Source: an uncultured Planctomycetales bacterium
Lineage (GTDB): Bacteria > Planctomycetota > PLA2 > JAEUHO01
Assembly (NCBI GenBank): GCA_964588235.1
Contig: CAZPOZ010000001.1
Coordinates: 1 to 50,907, forward strand
Direction of reading: 5' to 3'
DNA length: 50,907 nt
Both the position numbers and the translations under genes were made by a program. The notes beneath the pieces were generated by a model, which was not told the DNA's origin, did not search any database, and saw only the letters and a program-made list of their open reading frames with translations. This document shows positions 16,983-26,238 of this stretch, piece by piece. Positions within the stretch are counted from its first letter, which is position 1; each line of letters starts with the position of its first letter.

Positions 16983-18551
16983 CTACCCGCCGGGGGCGGG
17001 TGTGCCGGGCAGGCCCGTCAGGCTGGTCAGCTCGCGGCGCACGCCGTCGGCGCAGCGGTCGCAGATGCAGTGGGTCACGCGCAGCCCGCGCGCGGGAGCC
17101 AGCGGGAAGAACTGCTGCACGGTGAGCCAGCGGGCCCCGCGGATGCGCAGGCGCTGGCACCAGGCGCAGACGGGCACGAGGCCGTCCTCGCAGGGCAGGT
17201 GGGCCGAGACGGGATGCCCCTCGGCCAGCGCCCAGGCCAGGTGCCGCGCCACGGCGGCCGGCAGCGCGCGGTGGCGGGCGTGCATGCGGGCCCGGTACGA
17301 GTTGAGCAGCGCGAGGTCGCGGTCGGCGGGCTGGGCCAGCTCGGGCAGCTCGCGGCAGAAGCGCTCCACCTCGAGCAGCCGTTCGAGCGAGAACGAGGCG
17401 GCCAGGTCGTAGGCCCGGCGGGCCAGGGGGCTGCACCCGGGCAGGCCGTCGAGCATCGTGGCCAGGCGGGTGGCCAGCCCCCGGCGGGCCGCCGGGCGCA
17501 GACGATGGTCTTCCGGCGTCGAGCCCAGCAGCGTGAGCAGCGCCTCGGCCTCGCCCTTGAGCGCCCCGGGCTCCGCGCCCAGCGCCCTTGCGGCGTCCAG
17601 CGCCGCGAGCCGGAGCGGGACGGTGCGCAGGTCGTCGGCGGCCGCGCTCCACAGGTTCAGGCGGGCCCGCTGGTCGGCCTCCCCGGGGCGTCCGGCGGAC
17701 ACCAGGGCGCGGACCCGGTCGGCCTCGAGCGCCAGGCGGGCCTCGGCGCTCAGGCCGCCGAAGGGCGCCCAGCCGGCCTCCACGCGCTCGAAGGCCTGCA
17801 GGGCCTCGGCCGGGTCGCCCAGGGAGAGCGCTCGCTGCCCCTCCAGGTCGGCGACGTCGGGCGCCGCGCGCAGGCGTTGCAGCTGCGTGGAGTCAGCGGC
17901 CAGCGCGGCGAAGCGCTCGGTGGCCTCGCGCTGGCGCGGCCAGTCCTCGAGCTGCGTGGCGATGCGCGCCTCGATCCAGGCCGTGAACGCGCGGTGCCAG
18001 GCGGGCGCGCCTGCGTCCAGCAGCGGCGCGGCCCGGCGCACGTAGGCCAGGGCCTCGAACTCGCGGCCGTCCTGGATGGCGTCGGCCGCGCAGGAGGCGA
18101 GCACGTCGCCGGCCACGCGGCCTCCCAGGGGCAGGGCGTTGAGCAGGGCCCAACGCAGCTGGGCCTCGGCCTCCTCGTGCTCGCCGGCGCGCCGGGCGAT
18201 CGTGGCCAGCCGGTCGGCGGCCTGCACGGCCAGGCGCGGCTCGCCGGAGGCGCGGACCCGGCGCCACAGGGGGGCGAGCGACGGCGCCGCGCCGCAGCCG
18301 CCCACCAGCAGCGCTCCGATCCGCGGGAGGTCCTCGGGGCGGGCCGGATCGAGGGTCGGGCCCAGGGCTAGGTAGCAGGCGTGGGCCCGCTCGGCGTCGG
18401 CGGGCTCGCCGTGCACCGCGGCGTCCGCCAGGCGCAGCAGCGCCTCGCGGACGGCCGGCTCGAGGGCGCGGACGGCGGCGCCCCAGGTCGCGTCGAGCGG
18501 GTCGGCCTGCGCGAGCAGGGCCTCCGACGAAGGCGTGGGCGGTCGCACCAT
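16983..18551 (-). CDS. Hypothetical alpha-helical (TPR-like) protein with C-terminal 4-Cys module
   Basis: 522-aa ORF with Ala/Leu/Arg-rich helical repeats and no signal peptide. The last ~50 aa read VPVCAWCQRLRIRGARWLTVQQFFPLAPARGLRVTHCICDRCADGV (CxxC ... CxxC). Confidence 0.7.
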   Translation of the reverse strand: MVRPPTPSSEALLAQADPLDATWGAAVRALEPAVREALLRLADAAVHGEPADAERAHACYLALGPTLDPARPEDLPRIGALLVGGCGAAPSLAPLWRRVRASGEPRLAVQAADRLATIARRAGEHEEAEAQLRWALLNALPLGGRVAGDVLASCAADAIQDGREFEALAYVRRAAPLLDAGAPAWHRAFTAWIEARIATQLEDWPRQREATERFAALAADSTQLQRLRAAPDVADLEGQRALSLGDPAEALQAFERVEAGWAPFGGLSAEARLALEADRVRALVSAGRPGEADQRARLNLWSAAADDLRTVPLRLAALDAARALGAEPGALKGEAEALLTLLGSTPEDHRLRPAARRGLATRLATMLDGLPGCSPLARRAYDLAASFSLERLLEVERFCRELPELAQPADRDLALLNSYRARMHARHRALPAAVARHLAWALAEGHPVSAHLPCEDGLVPVCAWCQRLRIRGARWLTVQQFFPLAPARGLRVTHCICDRCADGVRRELTSLTGLPGTPAPGG

Positions 18552-18638
18552 GGGGCCGGTCTAACGCAGCGGGCCTGCGGAGGCAATGGGCGGAGGCGTG
18601 CTCGTCGCCGGGGGAACGGGTTCGTTGCGGGTTCCGGC

Positions 18639-19766
18639 CTACCGTGGCCTTCGGGCGGCCTCGAGGACGAAGGCGTCGGACGCCGACGGACGGCCGTTGA
18701 GCAGCACGGTCAGGGCGTGGCGGCCCGGGTGGTGCCTGCGCGTGGTGTGCTGCGCGAGCGAGATGCGCTTGCGGAGGCTCACGCGCTCGCCGGGGGCCAA
18801 GGTGAGCGCGCGGAGCTTGAACACCTTGGCGGAGGTCGTGCCGCGCGCCTTGACGAAGGCCACCGAGAGATCGGCCACCAGCCGCCGGGGCACGCGGGCC
18901 CGGTTCTCGAGGTCCACGCGCACGTGCACGGCGCCGCCGATGCGCGCGCGAGCGGGATCGACGGCGACCGATCGCACGCGCACGCCGCCCGTCGCGCCGT
19001 AGCCCAGGGCGCGCAGCGCGCCCGGGTCGCCGCGCTTCACGGCGGTCCGCAGGGCGTGGGTCACCAGGCGCCGCCGCTCGGGCGAGGCCCCCGCGAGCCA
19101 GCGTCGCGCCACCTGGACCAGCAGCGCCGGGTGGTCCTTGCCGACGTCGGCGAGGTTGTTGGCCACGCTCCTGCGCACGTAGGGGTGCGGGTCGTCCTTC
19201 AGCCGTTCGAGCAGCCGCAGCACGGGCGTCGGGTCGCGTTGGAAGGCCCGGAGCCGTCCCGCCCAGGGCAGGCGGGGGCGGGTGCCCTCCGAGACGAGGC
19301 GGCGCACGTGCGGGCTGGGGTCGAGGGTCCAGGCCTCGAGGCGCGCGAGGGTGGGGCCGGGGGCCTGCTCGAGGAAGGGCCGGATGCTGAACTCTGCGCT
19401 GAAGCGCTGGGTGAGCGCGTGCTGGGCGTCCAGGGCCGCTTCGACGCAGGTCAGGCCGTGCTCGGCCACGAACAGCACGTGCGGCAGGTAGACGAAGGGC
19501 GCCAAGCCGTGGCCCTCGGTGCGGGCGAGCGGGGGGCCGAGGGAGCGCACGATCACGTCCAGGGCCCGCTCCGGCTCGGGGGGCAGGTGCCGGTGGAGGG
19601 TCCGCGCGAGGTGGCGGGCCCGGTCGAGCAGCTCGAGGCGCGCCAAGCCCCGGCAACCCTCGCGAACGAAGGCCTCGCGCGGGAAGGCCGGGTGCGCGCG
19701 GGCGATCTCGTCTCCGATGCGCGCCACGACCCGCGCATCGAAGAAGTGCTTGAGGGCGGCGGCCAC
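18639..19766 (-). CDS. DNA alkylation repair protein, AlkC/AlkD-like HEAT-repeat family with C-terminal Ig-like domain
   Basis: HEAT-like repeat signature DPHPYVRRSVANNLADVGKDHP and N-terminal LKHFFDARVVARIGDEI. The C-terminal ~110 aa are beta-rich. I use the GTG at 19766 because the track start (GTG at 19874) would overlap the divergent gene starting at 19858. The start is uncertain. Confidence 0.75.
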   Translation of the reverse strand: MAAALKHFFDARVVARIGDEIARAHPAFPREAFVREGCRGLARLELLDRARHLARTLHRHLPPEPERALDVIVRSLGPPLARTEGHGLAPFVYLPHVLFVAEHGLTCVEAALDAQHALTQRFSAEFSIRPFLEQAPGPTLARLEAWTLDPSPHVRRLVSEGTRPRLPWAGRLRAFQRDPTPVLRLLERLKDDPHPYVRRSVANNLADVGKDHPALLVQVARRWLAGASPERRRLVTHALRTAVKRGDPGALRALGYGATGGVRVRSVAVDPARARIGGAVHVRVDLENRARVPRRLVADLSVAFVKARGTTSAKVFKLRALTLAPGERVSLRKRISLAQHTTRRHHPGRHALTVLLNGRPSASDAFVLEAARRPR

Positions 19767-19857
19767 GGGGGGAGGGTACCGTCGCCCCCTGGCCTCGAGG
19801 CGGCGTACCCTGGAGCCCTGCCCGGCGCCGGCCGTCGGGCCCGTCCGGAGGACTCCG

Positions 19858-20508
19858 ATGCGCCCGCTCCTCACGCTCGCCGTCGTCGCGCTGCTCGTCG
19901 CCGGGGGTCGAGGGACCCCGGTCGCGGCCGAGGACGCGCCGACCCCGGCCGTGACGGTCCCCGCCTACGTCAACCCCACCTGCCCGATCATGGGCAAGCC
20001 CGCGTCCCGCGCCCTGTTCGCCGAGACGCCCACGCACGGGCGCATCTACGTCTGCTGTCCGCCCTGCATCGTGAAGATCAACCGGGACCCGGAGAAGGCG
20101 TACGCCGCCGCGTTCCCGGTGACCAAGCGGGCCGGCAACGCGACCTGCCCCGTCAGCGATGCGCCGCTGGGCGCCGACGCGGTCACCGTCGTGCTGCAGG
20201 GCTACGAGGTACGGGTCTGCGCGACCTGCGCGGCGCAGGCGCAGCAGGACAGCCAGATCGTCTTGGCCAAGGCGCTGGACTCTCGGCTCACCGAGTTGCG
20301 CAACCGCACCTGCCCGGTCAACGGGGCGCCCGTGGCCACGAACGCCTTCTGCGTGATCGGCACCGAGCTGGTCCACCTGTCCTCGCCCCGAGCGGTCGAA
20401 GACGTGCGCAAGGACCCCACCCGGTACCTGACGGCTGCCCGCGAGATCGTGGCGCGCCAGGCGCCCCCGGCCCCGCGCCCCGGAGGGGCTCCGGGGGCGG
20501 CCCGCTGA
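19858..20508 (+). CDS. Periplasmic protein with three tandem YHS/TRASH-like Cys motifs (putative copper-binding or chaperone protein)
   Basis: ATG at 19858, in frame with track ORF 19519..20508. Signal peptide MRPLLTLAVVALLVAGGRGTPVAAED. Three repeats are present: NPTCPIMGKP...YVCCPPC, NATCPVSDAP...VCATCA, NRTCPVNGAP...FCV. Confidence 0.75.
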   Translation: MRPLLTLAVVALLVAGGRGTPVAAEDAPTPAVTVPAYVNPTCPIMGKPASRALFAETPTHGRIYVCCPPCIVKINRDPEKAYAAAFPVTKRAGNATCPVSDAPLGADAVTVVLQGYEVRVCATCAAQAQQDSQIVLAKALDSRLTELRNRTCPVNGAPVATNAFCVIGTELVHLSSPRAVEDVRKDPTRYLTAAREIVARQAPPAPRPGGAPGAAR

Positions 20509-20554
20509 TCGAGCCGCAACGGCGGGCGTCGCGCCGCGCTCACGAGGAGCTGCC

Positions 20555-21934
20555 ATGGGCAGGAGGCTGATCGCGCTGGCGGTGGTCGTGACGGTGGGGC
20601 CCGGGTGTGCCCGGGGGAGGGCCGGACCCGGCGTCCGCGACTCGGTCAGGAGCGACCTGGAACGGCGTGCCCAGGTGGTCCCGGCGCTCGTCCTCGCCCC
20701 GGGGGACGGGGTGGCCGGGCCCCTCGCGGTGGAAGACGCCGTCCGGCTGGCCCTGCTCCACAACCCGGAGGTGCGTGCGGCGTACGAGCGCCTGGGCATC
20801 GCCTGCGCCGACCTCGTGCAGGCAGGGTTGCTGCGCAACCCGATCTTCTCGGTCGAGGCCAAGGCGTTCGGCGCGGGAGCGGAGGTCGAGCTCGGGCTGG
20901 CCCAGTCCTTCGTCGAGCTGTTCTTCGTCCCGCTGCGCCGGCGCGTCGCGCGGTCCGAGCTCTTCGCCGAGCAGTGCGCCGTCACGCGCGAGCTCGTGCG
21001 CCTGGTGTTCGACGTGCGACGGTCCTTCGCGCGCGTGCGGGCGGCCGACGCCGTCGTTGCCCTCCACGAGTCGTCCCTCGAGCGCGCCGAGGCCTCGCGG
21101 GAGCTGATGCGCAGGCTCCACGAGGCGGGCAACGCGCGGGACGTCGCGCGCAGCCTGGAGGAGGCCGAGGCGGGACGGGCGCGGCTCGACGTGGACGCCG
21201 CGCGCCTGCACGCCGCCGAGACGCGGGAGTCGCTGGTCGTGCTCCTCGGCGTGCAGGCGGAGCCCAGGGGCCTCGTCCTCTCGGCGGCGGACCCCGCCCC
21301 GAGGGCGGGTCCGGGTGAACCCGCCGTCGAAGACCTGGCGGTGGCGGCGAGCCTGGACCTGCTCGAGGGTCGGGCACGCCTCCAGTCGGCCGCGATCCGG
21401 GCCGGCCTCGCGCGCCGCGAGGGGCTGCTGCCGGAGCTGGACCTGGGGGTCGTCGGGAAGCGGGAGCCGGACGGCGCCTGGGGTCTCGGGCCCTCCCTCG
21501 CCGTGGCCCTGCCGCTGTTCGACCACGGCCAGGCGCGACGGTTGGCCGCGCACGCCGGCCTGCGACGCCTGGCGGCGCAGGTCGAGACGACGGGGATCGC
21601 CGTCCGCTCCGCTGCGCGCAGGCTGAGCCGACGTGTGGCCGCGCTCGCCGAGCGCGAGCGCTACCTCCGGGAGGAACACCTCCCTCTGCGCGAACGACTC
21701 GTCCGGGAGGTCCTGCAGCTCTACAACGCCATGCAGATCGGGGCCTTCGACGTCCTGCGGGCCAAGCGGCTGCAGATCGACGCGCAGCGCGAGCACGTGG
21801 AGACGCAACGCGAGCTGCTGCTCGCGAGGTTGGACCTGGACGAGCTCCTCGCCGGGAGCCTGAATGCGCAGCGGATCGAGGAGCTCGACCTGCCCGACCC
21901 GGCGGACGGCCCCGAGCCACCCGAGGGACACTGA
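20555..21934 (+). CDS. Outer-membrane efflux protein (TolC/CusC-like OMF), lipoprotein
   Basis: 459-aa ORF. Lipobox-like VTVGPGC. OEP-type helical repeats (AVRLALLHNPEVRAAYERLGIACADLVQAGLLRNP, and a second half with LEGRARLQSAAIRAGLARRE). The stop lies 1 nt before the multicopper oxidase start. Confidence 0.8.
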   Translation: MGRRLIALAVVVTVGPGCARGRAGPGVRDSVRSDLERRAQVVPALVLAPGDGVAGPLAVEDAVRLALLHNPEVRAAYERLGIACADLVQAGLLRNPIFSVEAKAFGAGAEVELGLAQSFVELFFVPLRRRVARSELFAEQCAVTRELVRLVFDVRRSFARVRAADAVVALHESSLERAEASRELMRRLHEAGNARDVARSLEEAEAGRARLDVDAARLHAAETRESLVVLLGVQAEPRGLVLSAADPAPRAGPGEPAVEDLAVAASLDLLEGRARLQSAAIRAGLARREGLLPELDLGVVGKREPDGAWGLGPSLAVALPLFDHGQARRLAAHAGLRRLAAQVETTGIAVRSAARRLSRRVAALAERERYLREEHLPLRERLVREVLQLYNAMQIGAFDVLRAKRLQIDAQREHVETQRELLLARLDLDELLAGSLNAQRIEELDLPDPADGPEPPEGH

Positions 21935-21935
21935 G

Positions 21936-23291
21936 ATGCGAACCCGCCAAGCGACCGTCGTCCTGCTCCTGTCCACGTCGGCCCTGCTGGGCCTGGTCGT
22001 TCCCGACCTGCCGGCGGACGAGCCGGCCGTGGACGCGGCCCCGAGCTACCGGCCGGTCGTCACACCCAACGGCGCGACGTTGCCCTACCGCCTGGTGGAC
22101 GGGGTGAAGATCTTCCACCTCGTCGCGGAGGAGGTGCTCCACGAGTTCGCACCCGGCCTCGCCGCGCGGCTGTGGGGCTACAACGGGCGCGTGCACGGGC
22201 CCACGATCGAGGCCGTGGAGGGCGATACCGTCCGCATCTACGTCACGAACAGGCTGCCCGCGCCGACGACCGTGCACTGGCACGGGCTTCACGTGCCGAG
22301 CGGGATGGACGGCGTGGGGGGGCTCTCGCAACGCCCGATCGAGCCGGGGGAGACCTTCCGCTACGAGTTCACGCTGCGCCAGCACGGCACGTTCATGTAC
22401 CACTCCCACCACGACGAGATGGTTCAGATGGCGCTCGGGCTCATGGGCATGCTCGTGATCCACCCGCGGAAGCCTCGGGGGCCGCTGCCCGACCGCGACT
22501 TCGTGCTGCTGCTGAGCGAGTGGAGCGTCGCGCCGGGCCTCCGACGCCCCGACGTCAACGAGATGACGGACTTCAACGTGCTCACCTTCAATGCCCGGGC
22601 GTTCCCGGGCACGGAGCCGCTCGTGGCCCGGACCGGCGACCGGATCCGGATCCGCATCGGGAACCTGAGCGGGATGGACCATCATCCCATCCACGTGCAC
22701 GGGACGTCGTTCAAGGTGATCGAGACCGACGGGGGGCCCATCCCCGAGGCTGGTCAATGGCCCGAGACGACCGTGCTCGTGCCCACGGGGAGCACGCGCA
22801 CGATCGAGTTCGTGGCGACCAACCCGGGCGACTGGGCGGTGCACTGCCACATGACCCACCACACGATGAACCAGATGGGCCATGGTCTGCCCAACCTCGT
22901 GGGGCTCGATCCGTCCGAGTTCGACGAGGCGGTGGCCACGCTCGTGGACGCATCCCTCCCTCCCGTGCCTCCCGCGCCGCCCGAGGACCCCATGGCCGGG
23001 CTGATCCCGCCCAACAGCATCCCCATGCTGGGCGGCGACGGCCCGTTCGGCACGATCGCCATGGGCGGCATGTTCACGGTCCTGAAGGTGCGGGAGGGGC
23101 TGGCCTCCCTTGCCGATCCGGGCTGGTACGCAGGACCCCCCGACGAGGTCGCGGGTCCGGCCGACGAGGCGCAGCTGCGTCGCGACGGCGTGGATCCGAA
23201 CGCGGGCGAGCCCCTCCCCGACGGTCGCGCCCCCGCGCCGCGCGCGCCCGCTCCACGGGGTCCGGGGCACGCGGGTCACGGTGGGAGGTAG
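21936..23291 (+). CDS. Multicopper oxidase
   Basis: ATG at 21936, in frame with track ORF 21864..23291. All four copper-ligand motifs are present: TTVHWHGL, FMYHSHH, HPIHVHG, HCHMTHHTMNQM. Confidence 0.92.
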   Translation: MRTRQATVVLLLSTSALLGLVVPDLPADEPAVDAAPSYRPVVTPNGATLPYRLVDGVKIFHLVAEEVLHEFAPGLAARLWGYNGRVHGPTIEAVEGDTVRIYVTNRLPAPTTVHWHGLHVPSGMDGVGGLSQRPIEPGETFRYEFTLRQHGTFMYHSHHDEMVQMALGLMGMLVIHPRKPRGPLPDRDFVLLLSEWSVAPGLRRPDVNEMTDFNVLTFNARAFPGTEPLVARTGDRIRIRIGNLSGMDHHPIHVHGTSFKVIETDGGPIPEAGQWPETTVLVPTGSTRTIEFVATNPGDWAVHCHMTHHTMNQMGHGLPNLVGLDPSEFDEAVATLVDASLPPVPPAPPEDPMAGLIPPNSIPMLGGDGPFGTIAMGGMFTVLKVREGLASLADPGWYAGPPDEVAGPADEAQLRRDGVDPNAGEPLPDGRAPAPRAPAPRGPGHAGHGGR

Positions 23292-23295
23292 CCGC

Positions 23296-23868
23296 ATGAC
23301 GCGGGCGAGCAGCGTCCCCGCCGACCTCGGCACCGTCCTGGCCGAGCGGGAGCGCATGCTGGCGTTCCTGCGCAGGCACGGCGCCGACCGGGTGCGGGCG
23401 GAGGACGTGCTGCAGACGGCCTACCTGAAGGCCCTGGGCAGCCTGGACACGCTGCGGCAGGGGCGCAGCGTGGTGGCCTGGTTCTTCCGCATCCTCAGGC
23501 GCGCGTGGATCGACGACCGTCGCGGGGCGGCGCGTGGCGCCCGCGCCCTGGCGGAAGCGGGCCGGCGTGCAGCCGACGCCCTCGCCCGGGACGAGGCGGC
23601 CCTGCGCAGCGCCGTCTGCCGTTGCGTGGACCGGCTCCTCGGGGGGTTGGAGCCGGGGCAGCGCGAGCTGCTCCGGAGGGTGGACCTCGAGGGCGCGTCG
23701 CCCTCCGAGGTGGCCGGGGCCCTGGGCATCACCCCGGGCAACGCGGCCGTTCGTCTCCATCGCGCCCGCAAGGCGCTGCGCAGCCGGCTCGAGGCGGTCT
23801 GCGGCAGCTGCACGCGGCACAAGTGCCTGGACTGCCACTGCGCCGAGGGCCGGGCCAGCGCCGTGTAA
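23296..23868 (+). CDS. ECF sigma factor with C-terminal Cys-rich extension (CorE-like, copper-responsive type)
   Basis: ATG at 23296 with GGGAGG at 23283-23288, 4 nt after the oxidase stop. Region 2 reads [14 protein letters not shown]...[15 protein letters not shown]. Region 4 reads [45 protein letters not shown]. The tail is [21 protein letters not shown], and there is a CRC between regions 2 and 4. Confidence 0.85.
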   Translation: MTRASSVPADLGTVLAERERMLAFLRRHGADRVRAEDVLQTAYLKALGSLDTLRQGRSVVAWFFRILRRAWIDDRRGAARGARALAEAGRRAADALARDEAALRSAVCRCVDRLLGGLEPGQRELLRRVDLEGASPSEVAGALGITPGNAAVRLHRARKALRSRLEAVCGSCTRHKCLDCHCAEGRASAV

Positions 23869-23921
23869 GGCCTGCGGCCCGTCGGGCGTCAGCAGGGGTG
23901 ACGCTGAACCAGGAGGCCCGC

Positions 23922-26180
23922 ATGCCGCACGCCCACGCCCACGCCCCCCACAACGACCCCGAGCACGGTTGCCACGGCCCGCACGCGGCGCCGCCCCCGG
24001 CTCCCCCCGGCCCCGGCGCCGGCGCGGCGGAGGCAAGCCGCGGGGAGCCTCCCGCTGCGGGCTTGGCGCAGGCGGTCCGCTGGACCTGCCCCATGCACCC
24101 CGAGGTGGTGGAGGACCGGCCGGGAGACTGCCCGAAGTGCGGGATGGCGCTCGAGCCCGCCCATCCGACCGCGACGGGGGCGGGGGCGGAGGCCGACGAG
24201 TCGCGCCGGCTTCGGCGCCGCTTCGCCGTGTCCGCCGCGCTGTCGCTGCCGCTCCTCGTGCTGGCGATGGGCGGCCACCTGCTCGGCGCTCCGGGCCTGC
24301 TGCGGGGCACGCAGCGCCTGTGGATCGAGCTCCTCCTGGCCACGCCGGTCGTGCTCTGGGGGGGAGCCCCGTTCCTCAGGCGCGGCTGGTACTCGATCGT
24401 GCACCGCAGCCTGAACATGTTCACGTTGATCGGGCTGGGCGTGCTCGTCGCCTACCTCTACAGCGTCGTCGTCACGATCAGCCCCACCCTCGTGCCCGAG
24501 GCCTACCGGGACGGCCACGGCGTGCCGGCCGTCTACTTCGAAGCGGCGGCCGTGATCGTCGTGCTGGTGCAGCTGGGCCAGGTGCTCGAGGGCATCGCGC
24601 GCCGCAAGACGGGCGACGCGCTCCGCTCGCTCCTGAGCCTCGCCCCGCAGACCGCCCGCAGGATCGACGCGGAGGGACGTGAGTCCGACGTGCCGCTCGC
24701 CGAGGTCGCCGTGGGCGAGCTGCTCCGGGTGCGGCCGGGGGAGCGCCTGCCGGTGGATGGCCGTGTGGAGCAGGGCCGCAGCGCGGTGGACGAGTCGATG
24801 CTCACGGGGGAGCCGTTGCCGAAGTCCAAGGACGCGGGGGACGGCGTGGCCGCCGGCACGCTCAACGGGTGGGGCAGCCTGGTGATCCGCGCCACCGCGG
24901 TGGGAGCGCGTACCGTGCTCGCGCGCATCGCTGCGCGCGTGGCCGAGGCCCAACGGAGCAAGGCGCCCACGCAGCGGCTGGCCGACCGGATCGCGGCCTG
25001 GTTCGTGCCCGCAGTCCTCGTCGTGGCGCTGCTCGCCTACGTCGCCTGGCTGCTCTGGGGCCCGGAGCCGCGCGGCGCGCACGCGCTCGCGGCCGCCCTC
25101 TCGGTGCTGATCATCGCCTGTCCCTGCGCGCTCGGGCTGGCCACGCCGATGTCGATCATCGTCGCCATGGGGCGCGGCGCTGGCTCCGGGGTGCTGTTCC
25201 GGGACGCGGCCGCGCTCGAACGCCTGCGGGACGTGGACACCGTCGTCGTGGACAAGACCGGCACCCTGACGGTGGGCAAGCCCACGCTCGCGGTGGTCTG
25301 GTCCGTCGATGGCGGCAACGACGAGCTGCTGCGGCTCGTCACGGCCGTGGAGCGGGCAAGCGAGCACCCGTTGGCGCACGCGATCGTATCGGCGGCGGAG
25401 GAGCGCAGCCTCGCTCGGAGCCGCGTCACGGAGTTCCTGTCCGTCTCCGGGCTGGGCGTGGAGGGGCTCGTGGACGGGCGACGCGTCCACGTCGGGAGCG
25501 AGGCGTACCTCGCCCGCGTCGGCGTCGACGTGGATCCGTTGCGTGCGCGGGCCGACGGGCTGCGCGAGACCGGCGCCAGCGTGGTGCTGGCCGCCCTGGA
25601 TGGTCGTGCCGCTGGCCTCCTTGCCGTGCGCGACCCGCTCAAGCCCGGGACGCCGCAGGCCCTCTCCGAGCTGACGCGTCTGGGGCTCCGCGTGGTGATG
25701 CTGACGGGGGACGGCGAGCGCACGGCTCGCGCCGTCGGGCGAGAGCTGGGGCTGTCGGAGGTGCACGCCGGCGTGACGCCCGAAGGCAAGGCCGACCTCG
25801 TGCGGCGGCTCCAGGGGGAGGGGCGCGTGGTCGCCATGGCCGGCGACGGGATCAACGACGCGCCCGCGCTGGCCCAGGCGGACGTGGGTATCGCGATGGG
25901 TACGGGCACCGACGTGGCCCTGGAGGCGGGAGCGGTCACGCTCGTCGCCGGCGACCTGCGCGGGATCGCCCGCGCCGTGACCCTGAGCCGAGCGACCGTG
26001 GCGAACCTGCGGCAGAATCTCGTGCTCGCGTTCGGCTACAACATGCTGGCGGTGCCGCTCGCGGCCGGCGCTCTTCATCCCACGCTCGGCTGGGTGCTGA
26101 GCCCGATGGTCGCCGCGGTGGCCATGACGCTCAGCTCGCTCTCCGTGATCGCCAACGCGTTGAGGCTGCGCTCCGCCTGA
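23922..26180 (+). CDS. Copper-translocating P1B-type ATPase with His-rich N-terminus and CPxH...CPxCGM metal-binding module
   Basis: ATG at 23922 with AGGAGG at 23911-23916. N-terminus [21 protein letters not shown], then [26 protein letters not shown]. Signature motifs are the TM CPC ([13 protein letters not shown]), DKTGTLT and GDGINDAP. Confidence 0.93.
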   Translation: MPHAHAHAPHNDPEHGCHGPHAAPPPAPPGPGAGAAEASRGEPPAAGLAQAVRWTCPMHPEVVEDRPGDCPKCGMALEPAHPTATGAGAEADESRRLRRRFAVSAALSLPLLVLAMGGHLLGAPGLLRGTQRLWIELLLATPVVLWGGAPFLRRGWYSIVHRSLNMFTLIGLGVLVAYLYSVVVTISPTLVPEAYRDGHGVPAVYFEAAAVIVVLVQLGQVLEGIARRKTGDALRSLLSLAPQTARRIDAEGRESDVPLAEVAVGELLRVRPGERLPVDGRVEQGRSAVDESMLTGEPLPKSKDAGDGVAAGTLNGWGSLVIRATAVGARTVLARIAARVAEAQRSKAPTQRLADRIAAWFVPAVLVVALLAYVAWLLWGPEPRGAHALAAALSVLIIACPCALGLATPMSIIVAMGRGAGSGVLFRDAAALERLRDVDTVVVDKTGTLTVGKPTLAVVWSVDGGNDELLRLVTAVERASEHPLAHAIVSAAEERSLARSRVTEFLSVSGLGVEGLVDGRRVHVGSEAYLARVGVDVDPLRARADGLRETGASVVLAALDGRAAGLLAVRDPLKPGTPQALSELTRLGLRVVMLTGDGERTARAVGRELGLSEVHAGVTPEGKADLVRRLQGEGRVVAMAGDGINDAPALAQADVGIAMGTGTDVALEAGAVTLVAGDLRGIARAVTLSRATVANLRQNLVLAFGYNMLAVPLAAGALHPTLGWVLSPMVAAVAMTLSSLSVIANALRLRSA

Positions 26181-26238
26181 CGGGGGGACGTCCGGTGCCC
26201 GGCGCTGCGCGAGCACGCCCTGCGGCTACCGTGGGCGC

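Noticed and set aside
19775-19809. Direct repeat GTACC ... GTACC upstream of the copper operon, considered as an ECF (-35/-10) promoter for the CorE-like sigma.
   Set aside because: The spacing between the two elements (about 23-24 nt) is too long for an ECF promoter, and I do not know a CorE consensus to compare with.
19767-19874. N-terminal extension of the AlkC-like ORF up to the GTG at 19874.
   Set aside because: It would overlap the start (19858) of the divergent copper-operon gene. The extension (VRSGRIGVLRTGPTAGAGQGSRVRRLEARGRRYPPP) is not protein-like. I used the in-frame GTG at 19766 instead; the true start remains uncertain.
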